Shown: piece after piece, positions 54,301-64,000 of the stretch | How positions within the stretch are numbered: the stretch's first letter is position 1 | Layout: each line of letters starts with the position of its first letter | Source: Camelus ferus | Lineage: Eukaryota | DNA: 64,000 bases | Assembly: GCF_009834535.1 (NCBI RefSeq) | Contig: NC_045697.1 | Span: 119,352,001 to 119,416,000, forward strand | Reading direction: 5' to 3' | Notes under the pieces: model-generated | The model's database searches: none | What the model was told of the DNA's origin: nothing | What the model saw: only the letters and a program-made list of their open reading frames with translations | Translations under genes and position numbers: made by a program

Positions 54301-57300
54301 CATAATTGTGTGTGAATGTCGTCCTTCACATAGCTTGTGGTAACACAAAGTTTCTTCTCATTTGCAAACTCCACTCCATACAAATATATGGGGATTTACA
54401 AGCTCCAACTCTGTTTTACTGTGAAAACTGCAGGAACTTCAAACCGGCACTAGGAAAAATACTGAGAAACCAGAGGAATAGTTTCTCCTGCGACCCGTTC
54501 CCTTGGTGCTAGATGAACGAACATCTCAACACATGTGCAGTTCTGAGAAATAATTGTGTTGAAAGACGTCCTTCACAAAGCTAGTTGGGAAGACAAAGTT
54601 TCTTTTCAGTTGTAATCTCCACTCCATACATATACAAGGGGAGGTACAAGTTCCAACTCTGTTTTAAAGTGAAAACTGCGGGAACTTCAAAACGGCACTA
54701 GTAAACAGACTTTGATACCAGAGTAAAATTTTCTCCTGCAACACGTTCCATTGCGCTACATGAAAGGACGTATCTCCACATGCTCTGTTCTGAGAGATAA
54801 GTGTGTGTGAAAGCCTACCTTCACCTAGCTTGTTGGCATGACAAAGTATCTTTTCAGGTGCATATTCCACTCCATATATATATATGGGGAAGTACTAGCT
54901 CCAATTCGGTTTTACACTGAAAACTTCAGGAACTTCAAACCGGAACTAGGAAACAGACTGAGAAATCAAAGTAAAAGTTTAACCTGCAACCAGTTCCATT
55001 TGTACTAGATGAATGAACGTCTATCCACATGCCCTGTACGGAAAGATATGTGTGTGTGAAAGCCGTCCTTCACCTAGCTTTTTGGGAACACAAAGTTTCT
55101 TTTCAGGTGCAAACTCCACTCCATACATATATATAGGGAGGTAGAAGCTCCAACTCGGTTTTACAGAGAAAACTACAGGAACTTCAAACCAGCATTTGGA
55201 AACAGACTGAGAAACCAGAGTAAAAGTTTTTCCTGCATACCGTTCCTTTTGTGCTAGATGAAGGAACGTCTCCCCACATGCTCAGTTCTGATATATAAGT
55301 GTGTGTGAAAGCCGTATTTTACCTTGCTTCTTGGGAACACAAAGATTTTTTACAGTTGCGAACACCACTCTATACATATATATGGGGAGGTACTAGCTCC
55401 AAATCTGTTTTACAGTGAAAACTGCAGGAACTTCAAACCGGTAGTAGGAAACAGACTGAGAAACCAGAGTAAAAATTTCCCCTGCTACCAGTTCCCTTGG
55501 TGCTAGATGAACGTACGTCTCTCCACATGCTCAGTTCTGAGAGATATGTGTGTGTGAAAGCCGCCCTTCACCTTGCTTTTTGGGAACACAAAGATTCTTT
55601 TCAGTTGCCAACTCCACTCCATACATATATATGGGGAGGTACTATCTCCAACGCGGTTTTACAGTGAAAACTGCAGGAACTTCAAACCGGCACTTGGAAA
55701 CAGACTGAGAAACCGGAGAAAAATTTCTCCTGCAACCCTTTCCCTTTGAGGTAGATGAACGAAAGTCTCTCCACATGCTCAGTTCTGAGAGATAATTGTT
55801 TTTTAAAGCCGTTCTTCACCTAGCTTGTTGGGAACACAAAGTTTCTTTTCAGGTGCAAACACCACTCCATACATATATACGGGGAGGTACTATCTCCAAC
55901 GCGGTTTTACAATGAAAACTGCAGGAACTTAAAAACGGCACTAGGAAACAGACTGAGAATCCACAATAAAAATTTCTCCTGCAACCAGTTCTCTTTGTGC
56001 TAGATGAACGAACGTATTTCCACATGCCCATTTCTGAGAGATAACTGTGTGTGAAAGCCGTCCTTCACTTAACTTGTTCGGAAAACAAAGTTTTTTTCAG
56101 GTGAAAATTCCACTCCATACATATATATGGGGAGGTACTAGCTCCAACTCGGTTTTACAGTGAAAACTGCAGGAAATTCAATCCAGCACTAGGATACAGA
56201 CTGAAAAACGAGTGTAAAAATTCCCCTGAAAACGGTTCCGTTTGTGCTAGATGAACGAAAGTCTCTCCAAATGCTCATGTCTGAGAGATAAGTGTGTGTG
56301 AAAGCCATACTTCACCTAGCTTGTTGGGAACACAAATTTTCTTTTCAGTTGCCATCACCAATCCATTAATATATATGGGGTGGTACTAGCTCCAACTTGG
56401 TTTTACAGTTAAAACTGCAGGAATTCATACCAGCACTAGGAAACAGACTGAGAATCCAGAGTAAAAGTTTCTCCTGCAAAATGTTCCATTGTGCTAGATG
56501 AATTAACGTCTCTCCACATGCTCAGTTCTTATAGATAGATGAGAGTGATAGCCGTACTTCACCTAGCATGTTGGGAAGACAAATATTCTTTTCAGTTGCA
56601 AACTCCACTCCATACATATATAAGGGTTGGTCCTATCTCCAACACGGTTTTACAGTGAAAACTACAGGAACTTCAAACCAGAACTAGGAAAGAGACTGAG
56701 AAATCAGAGTAAAAGATACTCCTGCAACCCGTTCACTTTGTGCAAGATGAACGAACGTCTCTCCACATGCTCAGTTGTAGAGATAAATGGGTGTGAAATC
56801 CGTCCTTCATTTAGCTTGTTGGGAACACAAAGTTTCTCTTCAGTTGCATATTCCACTCCATATATATATATGGAGAGGTACTATCTCCAACTCCGTTTTA
56901 CAGTGAATTCTGCAGGAACTTGAAACCGGCACTAGGAAACAGACTGAAAATCCACAATAGAAGTTTCTCCTGCAAACCAGTTCACATTTTGCTAGATGAA
57001 CGAACGTCTCTCCACATGCCAATTTCTGAGATATAACTGTGTGTGAAATCCTTTCTTCACCTAGCTTATTGGGAATACAAAGTTTCATTTCAGTTGCAAA
57101 TTCCAGTCCATACATATATAAGGGTAGGAAAAATTTCTAACTCTATTTTACAGTGGAAACTGCAAGAACATCAAACGGCACTAGTAAAAAGACTGTGAAG
57201 CCAGAGTAAAAGTTTATTCTGCAAAACGTTCCATTGTGCTAGATGTAAGAACGCCTCTCCACATGCTCTGTTCTTAGAGATAAGTGTGTGTGAAAGCCGC

Positions 57301-60300
57301 CCTTCAACTTGCTTGTTGGGAAGACAAAGTTTCTTTCAGTTGTAATCTCCACTCCATACATATATAAGGGTACGTACAAGTTCCAACTCGGTTTTACAGT
57401 GAAAACTGCAGGAACTTCAAACGGCACTAGTAAACAGGCTGTGAAACCAGAGTAAAAGTTTCTCCTGCAACACGTTCCATTGTGCTAGATGAAAGAACGT
57501 CACTCCACATGCTAGGTTCTGAGAGATAATTGCGTGTGAAAGCCGTCCTTCACGTAGCTTGTTGGGAACACTAAGTTTCTTTTCAGTTGCAAACTCCAAT
57601 CCATACATATATATGGTGAGATACTAGCTTCAACTCTGTTTTACAGTGAAAACTGCAGGAACTTCAAACCGGCACTAGGAAACAGACTGAGAATCCAGAG
57701 TAAAAGTTCCTCCTGCAACCCAATCCATTTGTGCTAGATGAACGAACGTCTCACCACATGCTCAGTTCTGAGACATAATTGTGTGTGAATGTCGTCCTTC
57801 ACATAGCTTGTGGTAACACAAAGTTTCTTCTCATTTGCAAACTCCACTCCATACAAATATATGGGGATTTACAAGCTCCAACTCTGTTTTACTGTGAAAA
57901 CTGCAGGAACTTTAAACCGGCACTAGGAAAAATACTGAGAAACCAGAGGAATAGTTTCTCCTGCGACCCGTTCCCTTGGTGCTAGATGAACGAACATCTC
58001 AACACATGTGCAGTTCTGAGAAATAATTGTGTTGAAAGACGTCCTTCACAAAGCTAGTTGGGAAGACAAAGTTTCTTTTCAGTTGTAATCTCCACTCCAT
58101 ACATATACAAGGGGAGGTACAAGTTCCAACTCTGTTTTAAAGTGAAAACTGCGGGAACTTCAAAACGGCACTAGTAAACAGACTTTGATACCAGAGTAAA
58201 ATTTTCTCCTGCAACACGTTCCATTGCGCTACATGAAAGGACGTATCTCCACATGCTCTGTTCTGAGAGATAAGTGTGTGTGAAAGCCTACCTTCACCTA
58301 GCTTGTTGGCATGACAAAGTATCTTTTCAGGTGCATATTCCACTCCATATATATATATGGGGAAGTACTAGCTCCAATTCGGTTTTACACTGAAAACTTC
58401 AGGAACTTCAAACCGGAACTAGGAAACAGACTGAGAAATCAAAGTAAAAGTTTAACCTGCAACCAGTTCCATTTGTACTAGATGAATGAACGTCTATCCA
58501 CATGCCCTGTACGGAAAGATATGTGTGTGTGAAAGCCGTCCTTCACCTAGCTTTTTGGGAACACAAAGTTTCTTTTCAGGTGCAAACTCCACTCCATACA
58601 TATATATAGGGAGGTAGAAGCTCCAACTCGGTTTTACAGAGAAAACTACAGGAACTTCAAACCAGCATTTGGAAACAGACTGAGAAACCAGAGTAAAAGT
58701 TTTTCCTGCATACCGTTCCTTTTGTGCTAGATGAAGGAACGTCTCCCCACATGCTCAGTTCTGATATATAAGTGTGTGTGAAAGCCGTATTTTACCTTGC
58801 TTCTTGGGAACACAAAGATTTTTTACAGTTGCGAACACCACTCTATACATATATATGGGGAGGTACTAGCTCCAAATCTGTTTTACAGTGAAAACTGCAG
58901 GAACTTCAAACCGGTAGTAGGAAACAGACTGAGAAACCAGAGTAAAAATTTCCCCTGCTACCAGTTCCCTTGGTGCTAGATGAACGTACGTCTCTCCACA
59001 TGCTCAGTTCTGAGAGATATGTGTGTGTGAAAGCCGCCCTTCACCTTGCTTTTTGGGAACACAAAGATTCTTTTCAGTTGCCAACTCCACTCCATACATA
59101 TATATGGGGAGGTACTATCTCCAACGCGGTTTTACAGTGAAAACTGCAGGAACTTCAAACCGGCACTTGGAAACAGACTGAGAAACCGGAGAAAAATTTC
59201 TCCTGCAACCCTTTCCCTTTGAGGTAGATGAACGAAAGTCTCTCCACATGCTCAGTTCTGAGAGATAATTGTTTTTTAAAGCCGTTCTTCACCTAGCTTG
59301 TTGGGAACACAAAGTTTCTTTTCAGGTGCAAACACCACTCCATACATATATACGGGGAGGGTACTATCTCCAACGCGGTTTTACAATGAAAACTGCAGGA
59401 ACTTAAAAACGGCACTAGGAAACAGACTGAGAATCCACAATAAAAATTTCTCCTGCAACCAGTTCTCTTTGTGCTAGATGAACGAACGTATTTCCACATG
59501 CCCATTTCTGAGAGATAACTGTGTGTGAAAGCCGTCCTTCACTTAACTTGTTCGGAAAACAAAGTTTTTTTCAGGTGAAAATTCCACTCCATACATATAT
59601 ATGGGGAGGTACTAGCTCCAACTCGGTTTTACAGTGAAAACTGCAGGAAATTCAATCCAGCACTAGGATACAGACTGAAAAACGAGTGTAAAAATTCCCC
59701 TGAAAACGGTTCCGTTTGTGCTAGATGAACGAAAGTCTCTCCAAATGCTCATGTCTGAGAGATAAGTGTGTGTGAAAGCCATACTTCACCTAGCTTGTTG
59801 GGAACACAAATTTTCTTTTCAGTTGCCATCACCAATCCATTAATATATATGGGGTGGTACTAGCTCCAACTTGGTTTTACAGTTAAAACTGCAGGAATTC
59901 ATACCAGCACTAGGAAACAGACTGAGAATCCAGAGTAAAAGTTTCTCCTGCAAAATGTTCCATTGTGCTAGATGAATTAACGTCTCTCCACATGCTCAGT
60001 TCTTATAGATAGATGAGAGTGATAGCCGTATTTCACCTAGCATGTTGGGAAGACAAATATTCTTTTCAGTTGCAAACTCCACTCCATACATATATAAGGG
60101 TTGGTCCTATCTCCAACACGGTTTTACAGTGAAAACTACAGGAACTTCAAACCAGAACTAGGAAAGAGACTGAGAAATCAGAGTAAAAGATACTCCTGCA
60201 ACCCGTTCACTTTGTGCAAGATGAACGAACGTCTCTCCACATGCTCAGTTGTAGAGATAAATGGGTGTGAAATCCGTCCTTCATTTAGCTTGTTGGGAAC

Positions 60301-63300
60301 ACAAAGTTTCTCTTCAGTTGCATATTCCACTCCATATATATATATGGAGAGGTACTATCTCCAACTCCGTTTTACAGTGAATTCTGCAGGAACTTGAAAC
60401 CGGCACTAGGAAACAGACTGAAAATCCACAATAGGAGTTTCTCCTGCAAACCAGTTCACATTTTGCTAGATGAACGAACGTCTCTCCACATGCCCATTTC
60501 TGAGATATAACTGTGTGTGAAATCCTTTCTTCACCTAGCTTACTGGGAATACAAAGTTTCATTTCAGTTGCAAATTCCACTCCACACATATATAAGGGTA
60601 GGAAAAATTTCTAACTCTATTTTACAGTGGAAACTGCAAGAACATCAAACGGCACTAGTAAAAAGACTGTGAAGCCAGAGTAAAAGTTTATTCTGCAAAA
60701 CGTTCCATTGTGCTAGATGTAAGAACGTATCTCCACATGCTAGGTTCTGAGAGATAATTGCGTGTGAAAGCCGTCCTTCACGTAGCTTGTTGGGAACACT
60801 AAGTTTCTTTTCAGTTGCAAACTCCAATCCATACATATATATGGTGAGATACTAGCTTCAACTCTGTTTTACAGTGAAAACTGCAGGAACTTCAAACCGG
60901 CACTAGGAAACAGACTGAGAATCCAGAGTAAAAGTTCCTCCTGCAACCCAATCCATTTGTGCTAGATGAACGAACGTCTCACCACATGCTCAGTTCTGAG
61001 ACATAATTGTGTGTGAATGTCGTCCTTCACATAGCTTGTGGTTACACAAATTTTCTTCTCATTTACAAACTCCACTCCATACAAATATATGGGGATTTAC
61101 AAGCTCCAACTCTGTTTTACTGTGAAAACTGCAGGAACTTCAAACCGTCACTAGGAAAAATACTGAGAAACCAGAGGAATAGTTTCTCCTGCGACCCGTT
61201 CCCTTGGTGCTAGATGAACGAACATCTCAACACATGTGCAGTTCTGAGAAATAATTGTGTTGAAAGACGTCCTTCACAAAGCTAGTTGGGAAGACAAAGT
61301 TTCTTTTCAGTTGTAATCTCCACTCCATACATATACAAGGGGAGGTACAAGTTCCAACTCTGTTTTAAAGTGAAAACTGCGGGAACTTCAAAACGGCACT
61401 AGTAAACAGACTTTGATACCAGAGTAAAATTTTCTCCTGCAACACGTTCCATTGCGCTACATGAAAGGACGTATCTCCACATGCTCTGTTCTGAGAGATA
61501 AGTGTGTGTGAAAGCCTACCTTCACCTAGCTTGTTGGCATGACAAAGTATCTTTTCAGGTGCATATTCCACTCCATATATATATATGGGGAAGTACTAGC
61601 TCCAATTCGGTTTTACACTGAAAACTGCAGGAACTTCAAACCGGAACTAGGAAACAGACTGAGAAATCAAAGTAAAAGTTTAACCTGCAACCAGTTCCAT
61701 TTGTACTAGATGAACGAACGTCTATCCACATGCCCTGTACGGAAAGATATGTGTGTGTGAAAGCCGTCCTTCACCTAGCTTTTTGGGAACACAAAGTTTC
61801 TTTTCAGGTGCAAACTCCACTCCATACATATATATAGGGAGGTAGAAGCTCCAACTCGGTTTTACAGAGAAAACTACAGGAACTTCAAACCAGCATTTGG
61901 AAACAGACTGAGAAACCAGAGTAAAAGTTTTTCCTGCATACCGTTCCTTTTGTGCTAGATGAAGGAACGTCTCCCCACATGCTCAGTTCTGATATATAAG
62001 TGTGTGTGAAAGCCGTATTTTACCTTGCTTCTTGGGAACACAAAGATTTTTTACAGTTGCGAACACCACTCTATACATATATATGGGGAGGTACTAGCTC
62101 CAAATCTGTTTTACAGTGAAAACTGCAGGAACTTCAAACCGGTAGTAGGAAACAGACTGAGAAACCAGAGTAAAAATTTCCCCTGCTACCAGTTCCCTTG
62201 GTGCTAGATGAACGTACGTCTCTCCACATGCTCAGTTCTGAGAGATATGTGTGTGTGAAAGCCGCCCTTCACCTTGCTTTTTGGGAACACAAAGATTCTT
62301 TTCAGTTGCCAACTCCACTCCATACATATATATGGGGAGGTACTATCTCCAACGCGGTTTTACAGTGAAAACTGCAGGAACTTCAAACCGGCACTTGGAA
62401 ACAGACTGAGAAACCGGAGAAAAATTTCTCCTGCAACCCTTTCCCTTTGAGGTAGATGAACGAAAGTCTCTCCACATGCTCAGTTCTGAGAGATAATTGT
62501 TTTTTAAAGCCGTTCTTCACCTAGCTTGTTGGGAACACAAAGTTTCTTTTCAGGTGCAAACACCACTCCATACATATATACGGGGAGGTACTATCTCCAA
62601 CGCGGTTTTACAATGAAAACTGCAGGAACTTAAAAACGGCACTAGGAAACAGACTGAGAATCCACAATAAAAATTTCTCCTGCAACCAGTTCTCTTTGTG
62701 CTAGATGAACGAACGTATTTCCACATGCCCATTTCTGAGAGATAACTGTGTGTGAAAGCCGTCCTTCACTTAACTTGTTCGGAAAACAAAGTTTTTTTCA
62801 GGTGAAAATTCCACTCCATACATATATATGGGGAGGTACTAGATCCAACTCGGTTTTACAGTGAAAACTGCAGGAAATTCAATCCAGCACTAGGATACAG
62901 ACTGAAAAACGAGTGTAAAAATTCCCCTGAAACGGTTCCGTTTGTGCTAGATGAACGAAAGTCTCTCCAAATGCTCATGTCTGAGAGATAAGTGTGTGTG
63001 AAAGCCATACTTCACCTAGCTTGTTGGGAACACAAATTTTCTTTTCAGTTGCCATCACCAATCCATTAATATATATGGGGTGGTACTAGCTCCAACTTGG
63101 TTTTACAGTTAAAACTGCAGGAATTCATACCAGCACTAGGAAACAGACTGAGAATCCAGAGTAAAAGTTTCTCCTGCAAAATGTTCCATTGTGCTAGATG
63201 AATTAACGTCTCTCCACATGCTCAGTTCTTATAGATAGATGAGAGTGATAGCCGTACTTCACCTAGCATGTTGGGAAGACAAATATTCTTTTCAGTTGCA

Positions 63301-64000
63301 AACTCCACTCCATACATATATAAGGGTTGGTCCTATCTCCAACACGGTTTTACAGTGAAAACTACAGGAACTTCAAACCAGAACTAGGAAAGAGACTGAG
63401 AAATCAGAGTAAAAGATACTCCTGCAACCCGTTCACTTTGTGCAAGATGAACGAACGTCTCTCCACATGCTCAGTTGTAGAGATAAATGGGTGTGAAATC
63501 CGTCCTTCATTTAGCTTGTTGGGAACACAAAGTTTCTCTTCAGTTGCATATTCCACTCCATATATATATATGGAGAGGTACTATCTCCAACTCCGTTTTA
63601 CAGTGAATTCTGCAGGAACTTGAAACCGGCACTAGGAAACAGACTGAAAATCCACAATAGAAGTTTCTCCTGCAAACCAGTTCACATTTTGCTAGATGAA
63701 CGAACGTCTCTCCACATGCCCATTTCTGAGATATAACTGTGTGTGAAATCCTTTCTTCACCTAGCTTATTGGGAATACAAAGTTTCATTTCAGTTGCAAA
63801 TTCCAGTCCATACATATATAAGGGTAGGAAAAATTTCTAACTCTATTTTACAGTGGAAACTGCAAGAACATCAAACGGCACTAGTAAAAAGACTGTGAAG
63901 CCAGAGTAAAAGTTTATTCTGCAAAACGTTCCATTGTGCTAGATGTAAGAACGTATCTCCACATGCTCTGTTCTTAGAGATAAGTGTGTGTGAAAGCCGT
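51385..64000 (+). repeat. 14-monomer higher-order repeat (~3474 bp): two 14-mers, one 13-mer variant and a partial fourth copy running off the window
   Basis: ORF paralogs 53153/56627/60101 (offset 3474), then 63327 (offset 3226). Also 54306/57779/61007 and 55324/58797/62025 (offsets 3473, then 3228). Confidence 0.95.

Larger units (their letters stand above)
1..64000 (+). repeat. Tandem satellite DNA array, ~248-bp monomer (usually one PstI site, CTGCAG, per monomer), ~257 copies head-to-tail, probably (peri)centromeric
   Basis: The anchor AGACTGAGAA recurs at 1, 250, 498 and 745 (spacings 249, 248, 247), and the same motif order continues to 64000. I saw no non-satellite sequence and no reverse-oriented monomer. 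The centromeric location is inference only. Confidence 0.98.

Noticed and set aside
803..63815. All ORFs in the six-frame track as protein-coding genes
   Set aside because: They are short translations (60-98 aa apart from one of 175 aa) of the same satellite monomer in various frames, with recurring FYSENCRNFKPALGNRLRNQS-type peptides. They are broken by stops and frameshifts in paralogous copies and show no recognisable domain.
1..64000. CRISPR array or repeat-spacer/cassette system
   Set aside because: There are no unique spacers; the whole 248-bp unit is homologous between copies, and there are no cas or integrase genes.
1..64000. Tandem 5S rRNA/tRNA/snRNA gene cluster or SINE-derived array
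   Set aside because: I found no recognisable 5S, tRNA cloverleaf or Pol III A/B-box sequence in the monomer.
1..64000. Strand inversions or transposon insertions within the array
   Set aside because: None seen: every segment read carries the monomer in the same orientation and register, including on both sides of each gap.

Overview
The whole 64 kb is one head-to-tail tandem satellite array, broken only by two 100-N scaffold gaps (8612-8711, 40444-40543). It holds about 257 monomers of ~248 bp (247-249), all in the same orientation. By-eye consensus (249 bp): GAAAACTGCAGGAACTTCAAACCGGCACTAGGAAACAGACTGAGAAACCAGAGTAAAAGTTTCTCCTGCAACCCGTTCCCTTTGTGCTAGATGAACGAACGTCTCTCCACATGCTCAGTTCTGAGAGATAAGTGTGTGTGAAAGCCGTCCTTCACCTAGCTTGTTGGGAACACAAAGTTTCTTTTCAGTTGCAAACTCCACTCCATACATATATATGGGGAGGTACTAGCTCCAACTCGGTTTTACAGT. 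I see no genes, RNA genes, transposons or CRISPR array; every listed ORF is a translation of the monomer. The notable feature is a layered higher-order repeat (HOR) architecture like that of primate alpha satellite, but on a monomer I do not recognise. Domains in order: (1) reshuffled multimers, 1-13.1 kb; (2) a diverged 13/14-mer flank, 13.1-17.5 kb; (3) three near-identical copies of a 25-mer HOR (6196 bp) with an internal duplication, 17.5-36.05 kb; (4) diverged relatives, 36.05-40.4 kb; (5) a 17-mer/13-mer diverged pair, 40.8-48.2 kb; (6) a diverged transition zone; (7) a near-identical 14-mer HOR (3474 bp) with one 13-mer deletion variant, 51.4-64 kb. A eukaryotic (peri)centromeric heterochromatin origin is inferred, not shown, and I cannot identify the species or named family. 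Domain boundaries are approximate (about +/-100 bp).
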